DNA of 64,000 nt from Rhodosorus marinus CCMP1338 (Eukaryota; Plantae; Rhodophyta). The notes beneath the pieces are model-generated. The model was given only the letters and a program-made list of their open reading frames with translations. It did not search any database and had not been told where the DNA came from. The stretch lies in assembly GCA_029953675.1 (NCBI GenBank), contig JAMWBK010000001.1:744001-808000 (forward strand), given 5' to 3'. Below, piece after piece: positions 1-11,670 of this stretch. Within the stretch, counting starts at the first letter, position 1. The number at the start of each line of letters is the position of its first letter. The position numbers and the translations under genes were made by a program.

Positions 1-3000
1 ATCTCCCGGCTCCAAAAGTACTGGGCGGACAAGGGATGTATAGTTTGGCATCCTTACAACCACGAGGTGGGAGCTGGTACAATGAACCCTGCGACCTTTC
101 TCCGAGTTTTGGGACCTGAGCCATGGTCTGTGGCTTACGATGAGCCGTCAGTACGTCCTGACGATTCAAGATACGGCGAGAACCCAAATCGAGTCCAACG
201 ACATACGCAGTTTCAGGTGATCATGAAACCTGCTCCCAGAAACTGCCAGGAGCTCCTGCTCGGATCTTTTCAAGTTCTAGGAATAGACACCGCAGCTCAC
301 GACGTGCGATTCGTAGAAGACAACTGGGAGTCACCAGCTCTTGGGGCTTGGGGCCTCGGCTGGGAGGTCTGGCTCGACGGCATGGAGGTGACTCAGTTCA
401 CGTACTTCCAGCAAGCAGGGGGTTACACCTGTGACCCTGTATCACTGGAAATTACCTACGGACTGGAAAGAATTATGATGTCGCTGCAGAATAAGAACCA
501 CTTCAAGGATATCGTTTTTTCTCCTGGTGGAATTAGCTATGGAGACATTTTTATGCAGAACGAAGTTGAGATGAGTACGTACAACATGGACAAGGCCAAT
601 GTTGAGAGAAACCAAATCCTCTTCGATGCCTATGAGAAGGTTTGCATGAGGGAGAAACAACACTGTGCTTTGCCATTGACTTGCTGCAATTCCACGGCGC
701 TGAAGCCCACCTTGCCATACAATCACAACCCGTAGGAAGCCCTTGATATGATAGAGAGTCGACTTCCCGTTCCTGCCTACAACTACTTGCTCAAAGCGAG
801 CCATACGTTCAACATTCTCGACGCAAGAGGTGCGGTTGGAGTAACTGAAAGAGCAGCGTACGTGACACCAGTCGAATATGTCGAGTTGCTTTCTCGCGCT
901 GGGTTGTAGACGATGACTCTTAACAAACTCTTATTGCCCCATGCATGATTCTTTATAGTTTCTTCAGGCGAATGAGAAACCTGGCCAGAGAAGTTTCGGG
1001 CTTATGGTATGATCGGCGCAAGGAGCTTGGCTTCCCGCTCCTGTCCCCCGAAAGTGACTCCAAGGAACCGGTTCGTTGGGGCTCCTCCTGAATCTTGTTT
1101 AGAATCTTTATTAGGATATCTCATCTCTTACAAGAAACGTCGCCTGGGCCAATTCTTCAGGAGATTCCTAGAAAGGAATGGCAGCTGATGGCCGAAGTAG
1201 TTCCGTTTATCCTTGAGATTGGGACGGAGGAGCTGCCCGCAGATGATGTAGACCATGCAATCACTCAGGTAAGCTATGGCTCGGCTATACGGGTGCGAGC
1301 AAGTGGAGATTGAGATTGGTCGCTTCCCGTGCTTTGTTTGCGTAGTTTGAGCGGCACTTGAAAGAGCTACTGGTATCGAGTGGACTAAGCCACGGATCGT
1401 TCAAGGCCTTTGCAACGCCGAGAAGACTTGTCGCGGTTATTGACGATCTCGCCTCCAGTCAAGCGGATTCTGAAGAAGAGGTGTGTAATTGCTGAATTGT
1501 TGAATAGAAAAGGGTAAAAGCTTAACCCTAAGAGGCACGTCCTCTTCATCCGCCGCCTCCATAGGTCAAAGGCCCCCCGCGGAAGATAGCTGTGGACGAG
1601 CATGGGGAGTTAACAAAGGCAGCGCTCGGCTTTTGTAAGAAGAACGGGGTTGACCCGGCGGATGTTGAATGGCGAGACTTAAAGGTAGGCTTCAAGTCAT
1701 CATTTTCCACCCGTTTAAGGGACGTAGAGATAGTTTCGAAACGCTTACCGAAGGTGGCAATTGTAAACGCGTTCCTGCTTTCCAGGGTCAGAGCTACCTC
1801 TACGCGACGGTCAAGACGAAAGGCAGGCACGCAGGAGAGATCCTAGCTGAATGTCTTCCATCCGTTATCTCAAAGATTGGGTTCGTGAAGACCATGCGTT
1901 GGAACGCCTCGGGAACGGCATTTTCGAGACCGATAAGGTAATTAAGTGCCGCAATCTGCGCAACTGTCACGTCTTTCTCGAGGAGTAGTTCGGCCCAGGC
2001 GACAGCTCAACATTTTCTTCTCCTGTTCTCTGGGTAAAGATGGATCACGGCTCTTCTTGGTGATGAGGAAATCGTGTTTGAATACGCTGGTATTGAGTCA
2101 GGACGAGACTCCCGTGGACTTCGGGTCTCAGGTGGACTTGCTCCCAAAATCCCAATAGGTTCTGCGGCTGATTTTGAGAGTGCGATTCGATCGAAGAGGA
2201 TCGTCTTGGGAGTGTCTGAGAGGAGAGAAATGATAAGGGAAATGGTTCTGAAGACAGCCTCCTCTGTGGAAGGAACGATAGCTGACGAGTACACGGGTCT
2301 TGGAGAGGGCACGCTTTTGGCTGAGGTGGCCAACCTTGTTGAGGATCCGAAGCCAGTTCTGGGCAGCTTCGACTCCACGTTTTTGAAACTACCAAAAGCT
2401 GTGAGTTGAACCGTAAGAAATTGAGTATTCGACAAGTAAGAAGGTGCTAAACCAGCCGCGCTGCCGTTCCTTCGACGCTCAATTCAGGTCCTGACCACAG
2501 TCATGAAGAAGCACCAGCGATACTTCCCGGTTGTTTACCCAAGCTCGGATGAGCTTCTACCAGCCTTCATTACCGTTTCAAATGGTCCCACAGATGATGA
2601 GATTGTGAGGAATGGAAACGAGGCTGTTCTGCGCGCGAGGCTTTCTGACGCCTCGTTTTTCTACGACAAGGACTGCCAGAAGTACGAGTCCCTAGCCACA
2701 CTGTTAACCCTGTTACAGGTTTTATGTCTTGTGGGCTCTCCCACTGTCCGACCCGGCTTTGCTCAGAGTATTTGTTTTCTCCTTCCATATTGCGGAACGT
2801 TTCCAATGACTTTCTAGGAGCCTTGCGGAGTTTAAGCCACTTCTTTCCGGCCTCACGTTTCAAGAAAAGCTCGGATCAATGCTGGATAAGAATGATCGAG
2901 TAGAGGAACTGGTCCGCTCGGTAGGTACTATGATCGGTGGTAGTGAGAAGGACCTGGAAGCGGCAGAGCGATGTGCATCTTTGTTCAAGTAAGTGAGGAA

Positions 3001-4213
3001 TTGGACTCCTTAGCTGTCGGAGCTCGATATGTTAGTGTTACATGCGCTGAGGTGCGATCTTTCCCGGCGATGTGGCTAGGGCTGATCTGGCCACGAACAT
3101 GGTCGTAGAGTTCACCTCGCTTGCTGGTGAGATGGGTCGCCATTACGCGAAGACAAGTGGCGAGGATGACGATGTTGCGGATGCAATCTTCGAGACGGTA
3201 CTTCCAAGATTCTTCACCGACAAGGTCCCGCAAAGCACGGCGGGCTGTATCGTTGCTGTTACGGACAGGTACTATCGTCTGAGAGGCTCTTAGACTAGAT
3301 GCTAAGGTTGCAGCAAAGAGTATCCTGCCAAACTTATCAGATCTTCGCGTTTTAGGCTTGACTCTCTGGTTGGATTATTCGCCGCTGGATGTGCGCCTAC
3401 CGCGAACACAGATGTCTACGCGCTGAGGAGAACAGCTGTTGGTCTAATCGCCATCCTCCAAGGAAAAGGGCTAACGCTCAACTTACGGGATGCTGTACAA
3501 GAAGTTGCACGAGTACAGCCTCTCAAGGTCAGATTCGGATATACACCACGGACGCTGAGTCGTGCGAGAGATGTGAGACGCTAACTATTTTGTCTAGCTA
3601 CTGTCCTTGAATCGTGTAGGTCGACGATGATACGAAGAACGCGATTATTGAATTTATTATAAGACGGTTTGAGTCATCTCTGCTCGAGCAAGGAAAGAGA
3701 GTAGACCTTGTTCGCGCGGTTATTTCAGAGCAGGGTGAGGATCCCTTGCGAGTTCAGGCGGCTCTCGGCGAATTGGAAAACCTTGTGGCTGAGAGCAAGA
3801 GCCTGGTCGTGGCGTTGGAGGTGTATGGAAGACCTTCACGACTCATTAGGTCCAAAGGAGACATCATATCGACGCTGGAGGTCCACGAGGAGTTGTTCGA
3901 AAGCGAGATAGAGTCGAACCTGTACGCGGCGTTTCAGGAGGCGAAACAGTCCATCGAAGTAAGTCAGATTGAGAAAGAATCTCGCCCAACCGAGCTGAGG
4001 CTGATCATTTTCGAATATCCCCTCCAGGCCAATGGACACTCGGTAACCTCCGTCGTAAGCGCACTCAGTACAATGCAGGTACAAGTGGATGACTTTTTTG
4101 AAAACGTTTTCGTAATGTCCGATGATGAAAAAGTCAGAACAAATCGACTAGCCCTATGTGCAAACATCGCTGCCCTTCCAAATGGAATCTTGGACCTAAA
4201 CCAAATCCAGTAA
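1..4213 (+). CDS. glyQS: Glycyl-tRNA synthetase, fused alpha+beta (bacterial/organellar type), 5'-truncated by the window, multi-exon
   Basis: Alpha motifs from base 1 (ISRLQKYW...[67 protein letters not shown]) continue into beta motifs ([13 protein letters not shown]...[76 protein letters not shown]). Frame breaks coincide with GT..AG introns. Confidence 0.95.
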
Positions 4214-4871
4214 AAGAACCAAGAACGAAAGCTTCGACTAGAGAAAGGGAGCACTGAGTCCTGCAAATTTCGCTCAAGCCAGGTAAATCGTCTGCTTCAC
4301 CGACCAAGAGCTTCCACATATTCTGCTCAAGAGCTTTTAGGCTCTAGTTCGAGGAACACTGGTGCTTCAAGCACCCACCAATAGGCAGAACAGGTTCCAC
4401 ACTGTCGAATCGTTCGACAAGCCTTCAACAATTCTTGACGTCATTTGTGCCTTGTCACACGGTCGTTGTCACAGACAATCTCGATGCTTTCAACCAGCGG
4501 ATAGCTGAGGAGGAGCGATCCTCAGTTCGACGGTCATGCGTTCCAGAACCGATTCAGCTGCGGCGGAAGCCTACACCTGGAATGACTTCTATTGAGAACC
4601 GCGGTTTGTGGATACTTGTGGGTCACACTGGTTTCGATGGGGTGCAGAACCTGTCCCCATTGAAAACCTGTCTTGTTCATGGGGATCTTCGGTAGTGAGA
4701 GCTCATCGATGCCTATCGTGTCGAGCTATCTCAGGTTCTCTGACTCACCCGCGCAACAAAGCAGGAGTCTTCCTTTAAGCCTGTCGTTCTCTCCATTGCT
4801 TATGTCACTTCTTCTGCCCGTAGGGCTTTCTCTGCTATAGGAGAGAGCTGGCCTTCTCCTTATCCACCCCT

Positions 4872-5725
4872 TCACTTCTTCAAGATGCTTATAAGAAAGC
4901 TGAGAGGCGAACAGGGGGCCAAACAAAGCATGTTAGGAGCGAGAAAGCTGTCTGTCTTGAAGCAAGTATTGTGGTTCTCTTTCCACTACCAGATCAGATA
5001 AATGAAGAACGACGCCAGGAAGAAGATGAGCTTGAGCTCTGCCATCCGTTTCTCTTTCGGAAGCTGGACGAAAATTGTGGTATTGTCTAGCAAGTGCTGG
5101 TTGTTGGTCAGCTGGTTCCCATCATGCGCTAATACAGGCAGGTTGATCAAGGAAGCAAAGTATTGGCCTCTGACCAAGAGCATAAGGAAGAGGCATATAT
5201 GCGTTATGTACCTGAGGTTTTTGGTCCAAAATGGTTTTTGTACATGGAAAAAAATGAAACAGGCAGAAGAGTCCTTAGTTTTCAAGTAGATCAATGCTTT
5301 CCGGTCTGCGGAGGCAGGTTGTTTTCAACTAGACGGAGTAGTGGGATCCAGAAGTGGCAGCTTTGCTTTCTTGAGCTCGTCTCTGCATTGATACATACGG
5401 GTTAGAACCGCTGGTCAAACCGTACTCAGAAAGCATCAACCTAGGTCCGAATGAGTTCAGCTGTTTTCTGAACTGCAGAACAGACTTCAATCTTCAAGCT
5501 CCGTCCTGAAAACCTTGCCTCCGCATCCAAAACCATAAAGACAGAGCGGCGTTCTTACTCAGGCCATCTGAATCGATTCACCTGTTCACACAGTTCGATC
5601 GGATTGATAATATCCGCCATCAGATCGGAAAACAGAATAAGCGTGTAGACCATAGTGAACAGAAGCCAGCTCGTCCCAAAGAATACAGACACCCAAAATC
5701 CAACCTCGATAGCCGAAACTGCCAT
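4872..5725 (-). CDS. CNIH: Cornichon/Erv14 family ER cargo receptor (3 exons: 5725-5559, 5211-about 4991, about 4899-4872)
   Basis: Spliced translation MAVSAIEVGFWVSVFFGTSWLLFTMVYTLILFSDLMADIINPIELCEQVNRFRWPE|YITHICLFLMLLVRGQYFASLINLPVLAH...QHLLDNTTIFVQLPKEKR...KLIFFLASFFIYL carries the cornichon DLxxDxINP, PEY and LNLP motifs. Confidence 0.88.
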
Positions 5726-7029
5726 TCAGAAAAGGAAAAATATTTACAACAAAAGGGCTGGACATCGATCCATAGCTTGACCGCACATGAGAACGCTCCT
5801 CGTCTTGTGAAGCCTGCCAACAATGAACTCAATTCAACCACTCCACCACTTTCGCTGACCTAATCATTTCAGGTCTTACTGTGTGAGTGTTTTATCCACT
5901 TGCGTCCAGTTCTGGTCGGCGCCAGAGATGGATGCTCTGTGCACACTTCACACGAGCGCCCACCATGCTCGATACTTGCTCGCTTCATCCAATTCCAGTT
6001 GGATGCTGACCGATGTTCGTGTTTGTGGCTTCAACATAGTGGTGAAGATGGACCAGTGGATTTGGGGGACCAAGTAGACCAGGACTACCCATCACCAATG
6101 CATTTTGCACACGGTCCGACCTGCGTCGTTTGAAGACAAAGTTCTTGATCGACAACGTGATGTTCGCTATGACAAAACGACATAGCGCACCTAGCAGTGC
6201 TAAGAGTACGATTCATCTCATGCGAAGAATGGTCCTTGGGTCCCAAACTCTTGTATTTTCCGATCGCCCTCAGGAGTGGTGGTGGTAAGCGCATTGCGCC
6301 GAGGATGGTGGTGGCGCGAGCGGAGCTCTATTTCTACAATAGATTAAACCTGCGATCCTCAAGAGACTCGATATCTAATCGGAAGGGAGGCTAGGAAGCG
6401 GTTTCATCAAACCTGCTCTTAGCTAGACCGGTTGCCGCTCGGTGTGCAGCTGCGAGCGTGGCCGCTGTTAACAGTTTTCACGGACTAAGAACAACGATAA
6501 AATCCTGAACCACACGTTTTGCTCAAGCGGTAGATTCCTATTCTCTTCCGTGATTTCATACGTTGGCAGTTGCCATGCGACACAGAGATTTCAACCAGAT
6601 GTAGTTTGAACCCATCAGGCACCCTCATGTGACTTCCCTGAGCTCAACCAATCTCTGGAACTACCAGGTTCATTTCGGACACGTCTCAGTGGTCGCTGCG
6701 TCACAAGCTCCCATTTCAATTTTCATTGTTTCCAGCAATCAGCGCTAAATTAACTATCCCTCTTTACATTAGCTTGGTGGGCTCCTGCTTTGACCAGCCT
6801 TTTTGGCTTTCCGCTAACAACTGTGTCTTTCAAGTTCGCTTGATAGTTTTGAAGATTCCATCCTACCCGGTGCAACGAACTTCTACGGCCGATAAGCGCT
6901 ATTTCTCGACTAGCGCACGAACTGGACGCTAGTCGCAGCCGTTGGACCATGATTCACACAACGTAGGAGTTGAACCATGCCTTTGCTAACGAGCAAGGAC
7001 TTGTTCCGCTTCAGAACGGTCCTTGGTGA

Positions 7030-7748
7030 TGAGTCGTCAGCAACGTCGCGTACCGACTGAGACTGAGACTAGTCCAATCGCGGCCGCATATCCTCGCGGT
7101 ATTTCAAGCCAGCCATTACTGCAGAGTTGAACAACCATGCGATCTAGAGCAGGTCATTGCCTTCACGAGCAGCATAAAGTCGGTGAAGCTCTGTTTCGCC
7201 AAAATCCCGGCGACACAATCATGGTGTGGGACAACTCGGTGTTTGGTGATGGAAGCAACTATTGATGTCAACGGAGTGGACACGACAGTAGAAATCGACG
7301 ACCCTAGATGCGGGAGGAACCGACGTGTCCATACTACATCGGCTGTCCAAACGTGATCGACCAAGAGTCAGACACGAGAAGGGGTGTTAAATACTTTTAT
7401 GGCACAGACTCCGACTACGTAATACTTCTACCTGATGTCCCGTTCACGTGGAGCTCTACCTACGACGGTAGAGATGTGATACTTGGCGGCAACGGATACG
7501 ATATTGTGAGAGCCGGGGGAGGAGAGAATATTATGAAAGGGGGCTTGGGCAACGACCAGTTTATTGCCGGTGAGGACGGGGTACACAGAGTTTACCTCGG
7601 TGGCGGCACTGATGCACTTGGCCCCTTCGCTGACGGCGATGCAACTCCAGACTACTATTATGGAGGCCCAGGAACTGACGTTAACGGCGGGGATTATCCG
7701 GATGAAAGCGACATGCTCAAAAGCTTTGATCGCTATATCCAGGCATAA
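7030..7748 (+). CDS. Cys-rich protein with hemolysin-type (RTX) Ca2+-binding GGxGxD repeats; apparent 1-nt frameshift near 7310, start unclear
   Basis: ORF 7308-7748 has DVILGGNGYDIVRAGGGENIMKGGLGNDQF, YLGGGTD and YYGGPGTD. An upstream open frame (...HYCRVEQPCDLEQ...IDDPRCG) joins if one G is added in TGCGGGAGGAA. Confidence 0.6.
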
Positions 7749-7963
7749 CAAGTAAAGCCACAAGCACCTGATTTGTCAATACAAAGGGAGGCTTTTTACC
7801 TCCCAACCAATGCTATGACAGCCTGTCTAGTACAGAAGACTAGATTCATTGCATAAGCCTTTCACGCCGAGAGGAAATCATGATTCACGATATGGAGTGA
7901 AAGCTTGTCATACCGAGAAGCAATCATAATTCAAAGTCTGGACCGGAGATGATTGACTAAGAG

Positions 7964-8486
7964 TTGGCTACACGGTCAAGGTGGAATCGACACAGCCTAG
8001 TCACCCTCCGCAACCACCTCTACTCGTTGCATCGCAGATCTCCTGGTCTCGGACGCAGCCGCCAGACGCTCAGCATATGTGGAGCTCACTGTCGCTTGCC
8101 CCGTGTCCGGTACATACCCCCCCTTCTGCCGCTCTCCGCAGGGGGAGAGGCAGCTCCTGTGCTTCACCGCATGAACGAACGACGGTACGCCGAGAGATGG
8201 CCAGTCTTCACCGGGAAGAGAGCCGGTCTCACAGGTTCCAGCCTTTCATTGTGGAAACCTTTGGGCATCTGGAAAATTCAAGCTTGGAGTGGCGACGCAC
8301 GTGTTTTACCGAACCTCCTGAAGAATATCTGGTGGTCATCCGCCGTTTAAGTATCGCACTCTGGCGATATTCTAGGAACATGCTCGCCGAGGCGCGCCAC
8401 CGTCGCCTGGGCTCACATGATCTTCTTCCTAGCCCCTAGTTCCCCTTAACGTTTTGCGTAGCGCATCAGGCAATGTTAGTAAAACC
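7964..8486 (+). mobile_element. 5'-truncated, degenerate non-LTR retrotransposon (CRE/RLE-type endonuclease end), copy A
   Basis: Frames give RVGYTVKVES...ADLLVSDAAARRSAYVELTVACPVSG...RFQPFIVETFGHLE, matching the restriction-like endonuclease region. Co-linear with the inverted copy at 10110-10700. Confidence 0.7.
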
Positions 8487-8490
8487 ATAA

Positions 8491-8961
8491 CGGAGTGGTT
8501 ACGGAAATGTTTCGCTGAGCATCCTACCGAATACTTGGAACTCTTTTATGCCGTTTAAGTGTCTCTCCGCGGCGATATTCTAGCAGCATGCTTGCCAAGG
8601 CACGCCTTCGGCGCCTGGGTTTGCACGCTTCCCTACGTAGTTCGTAGTTCCTTTTCAGGCCTTGCGTAGCGCTTTAGGCTATGCTAAAAAAAAAGGAAAG
8701 CTTCGGTCACATGGAGAAGTCGGGTTTGGAGTGGTTGCGGAAATGTTCTACTGAGCATCCTGTTGAATACTTGGAACTTTTGCGGCGTTTAAGTCTCTCT
8801 CTCTCTCTCTCTCTGTGGCGATATTCGAGCAGCATGCTTGCCTAGGCACGCCATCGGCGCCTGGGTTTGCACGCTTCCCTACCTACTTCTTAGTTCCTTT
8901 TCACGCTTTGCGTAAGCGCTTTAGTCTATGCTAAGAGAACCCCGAAAAACCCCAGTAAAAC
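8491..8961 (+). mobile_element. Two further tandem 3'-end copies (B about 8491-8695, C about 8700-8935) of the same retroelement
   Basis: The block GGAGTGGTT.CGGAAATGTT...GAGCATCCT...TTGCGTAGCGCTTTAG.CTATGCTA occurs twice. Copy B ends in an A10 run, and copy C contains a (CT)10 expansion. Confidence 0.75.
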
Positions 8962-9788
8962 CGCATCGTAATATATTTCAATCTCCCAACGGTTTTTTTT
9001 CAAATTGTTATTGATTGAATGTAGCTAACAGAAAAAAAACAGTTGGGAAATTGAAATGCGTTTTAAAAAAGATGGGTGGTGTAGGGGGGTGTGACAAAGT
9101 GACTATGAAGATATTGTTGCGAAACGCGGGTGACTTGATCTCGAACCGTATTTCTAACCGAAGTGGACAAGAGCTTTGTTAGAATCTTTCGGGCACTATC
9201 TGATGAAACTTTGCGGTTCCAAAATCGTCGGAGAAAATAGGACTCGACACGAACAATTCCGCTTTCGTGAAACTCCTTCCCGACTAACCGCGTTCTATGC
9301 GATTCGATTGGTGAAACTCACACCACCAATACGCAATCTGCAGTGCCTCGCCATGCCTCTCGATTAATGTCCACGCGAATGAGCGTTTGCGCGTCCGCTT
9401 TGTGCTCAAGATGTGCAAGTAGTTTCGGTAGTGAAGTATTGGGCCGCTTGCCCGAGTCGTCCAAACCCTTCCACGGCGAACGCTACGTATTGGAAGTCGT
9501 TAAGGTCACCGATGGCATCCCGATGTTTGGCTCGTTTCCCCCCTCAGCGTTAGCTGCAGCATAACCAGTTTAATATGGGGCTCGAACGAGGAGATGGGCT
9601 CGCAGTGGGGATTCCACTTTGACGTCAATTACGTACTGCTTACCTGTGCGGTGATGACGAACGACAATGTCTGATCAAGACGACTACCCTCAAAAAACCC
9701 GAAAGGATATCTTGAAGGTTTCACCGCCGGAGGTTGACGCGCGAGTTTATCACGAATTCGGTTATGGCGCAGTCCAATTCCCGGCCGA

Positions 9789-9839
9789 AGTAGAACAGTG
9801 TAAACTGTTCTACTTAAGAACAGTTTACACTGTTCTACT
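9789..9839. repeat. Perfect 23-bp inverted repeat with 5-nt spacer; each arm is itself near-palindromic
   Basis: AGTAGAACAGTGTAAACTGTTCT-actta-AGAACAGTTTACACTGTTCTACT. Confidence 0.95.
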
Positions 9840-10109
9840 ACCCATCCGCAGCGTGGGGTTTGGCAAAGACTGTTCGTTCAGGAGTAGGGCGAAGACCAGG
9901 TATCGGGAGTCCCAAAAGGAGGCGTAAGCTGCAGCGGATTTCTTCGGTGGAGAGGACCTCAGATACCATGCTAGGAAGGTCACGAAGCCAGCACCGGCGC
10001 CAGCATCAGAAGCGGATCGGACGCGAGCGCGGGTGTGATCGTCAAGGGCAGAATTATCCACGATATCCTCAAATGCTCTACGGTTACTCTCCTGCGAGAG
10101 TATTTGTTG

Positions 10110-10895
10110 GTTTTCTAACGTAGCCTAATGTGCTACGAGACGTAAAAGGAAACTGGGGAGAAGGGCACGCAAGCCCAGGCGGCAGTGGCACGTCTCGGCG
10201 AGAATGTTGCTAATACCGCCAGAGAGCGACTTAAGACGGCGGGGGAGCACCAGATTTTCATCAGGATGTTCGGTGCAACACTTGCGCAGCCACTCCAAAC
10301 TTGACTTTTCCAAATGCCTAGAGCCTTCCACAATGAAAGTCTGGAACCTGTGACACGGGCCCTATTCCCGGGGAAGACTGGCCATCGTTCCTTCACACGC
10401 TGAAGTGCAGAAGCAGCTTGGCCGCCTGGGGAGAGCAGCAGATTGGAGATAGGTACCGGACACGGGGCAAGTGACAGCGAGGTCCACATGTGCTGCGCGT
10501 CTGGCAGCTGTGTCCGATACCAGGAGATCTGCAATGCAAGGAGCAGGAGTGGTTGCGGAGGGTGCTCGAGGCAGCGCCGATTCCACCTTGACCGTGTAGC
10601 CAACTCTGGTCAAGCGTTCGCTCAGGATGTATTTCAGGCACATGTATCTCTTCGTGCGATGACCTCCCATGCCCCATAGACGAGCCGCGGTGGTAGCGGA
10701 CAGTTGACAAGATTGCGTGAGCAGTTTTACTGGTTTTTACTAGCATAGCTTGAAGCGCTACGCAAGGCGTGGACTGTAAACAGTTTTACTGCATAGCGTG
10801 ATGCGCTACGCAAGACGTAAAAGACAACTAGGGACTAGGCAGAAGAGCATGCAAGTCCAGGCAGCGGTGGCCCGGATCGGCGAGCATGTTGCGCA
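10110..10895 (-). mobile_element. Inverted nest of the same retroelement: about 590-bp copy D (zinc-knuckle tail plus RLE) and short 3'-end copies E and F
   Basis: ORF 10362-10670 reads GGHRTKRYMCLKYILSERLTRVGYTVKVE...ADLLVSDTAARRAAHVDLAVTCP, then GQAASALQRVKERW and FIVEGSRHLEKSSLEWLRK. The 3' ends GCGTAGCGC..GCTATGC(T)AGTAAAAC repeat at 10724-10810. Confidence 0.75.
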
Positions 10896-11670
10896 ACCCC
10901 AGTCTAGTCCAATCTACTTTTTGAGTTCTTGCCGTACTAACGGTGTGCGCCTGTGCTGACAAACGCACTGACCTATATTTGAGGTGTGACGGTCTGAGGT
11001 TTTATACACCGACTCAAGACACCAGCGGCAACACAATCGGCTCTATTTCTGATACGCAATTGGAAAGCAATCGAGGCAGTTTTTCATAATTTTCCGATAA
11101 GATGGGACCGGTTTTCCCTCCCCGGTGCTGCCCACCTACTTTACGTGGCGGGGTTTGGTTCGGTGCATTCACACACAACCTGTTTGGCGATATCTTGGAA
11201 TTGGAGGATCTAAGCAGGTACGAAGGGCGTTTTTGCAAGAGTTTCAATTAGCAAGAGATGCACTCGATATAAGAACGAGCGAAAGTTTCGCCTTACCCAT
11301 TCTTCTCGGGCTGGACGACACACCAATCCGAAACTCCCGATTTTGGCGTCAAAGATTCAACGGCCGGGTTGGCGTGCCAATTCAGCTTCGAATTGGCCTT
11401 CGTTTAGGCCCTCCGCTTGGCCAGGTTGGAGTTCCGATTCATCGAAAGTCAAAGAGCTGGGCTCTTCCCAGGTCAAAGGGGAGACACCCCTAGAGACAAC
11501 GCCAGCAATGCACAAAGTGGAGCCGGTGAAACAGAGCGGGACTTCAGCGACCACAGCGAACAGCAAAGGATCTTCCTTTTCGTCGACTCTCAATGAGCTT
11601 CCCAGACCGCCTCAAGCTCGGCTATTCGTTTTGGTATGTTGGGAACCTACATCCGCAAGCCGGTCCTATC

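Noticed and set aside
4986-5405. Plus-strand ORFs 5002-5289 and 5163-5405
   Set aside because: Antisense to cornichon exon 2 and intron 1.
5960-6060. Minus-strand SIQLELDEASKY, resembling an LTR-retrotransposon RT segment
   Set aside because: No flanking RT motifs (no PFGL or YxDD); the match is too short.
8491-8961. Regular repeats as a CRISPR array
   Set aside because: Units are about 200-bp retroelement tails without unique spacers, there are no cas genes, and the context is eukaryotic.
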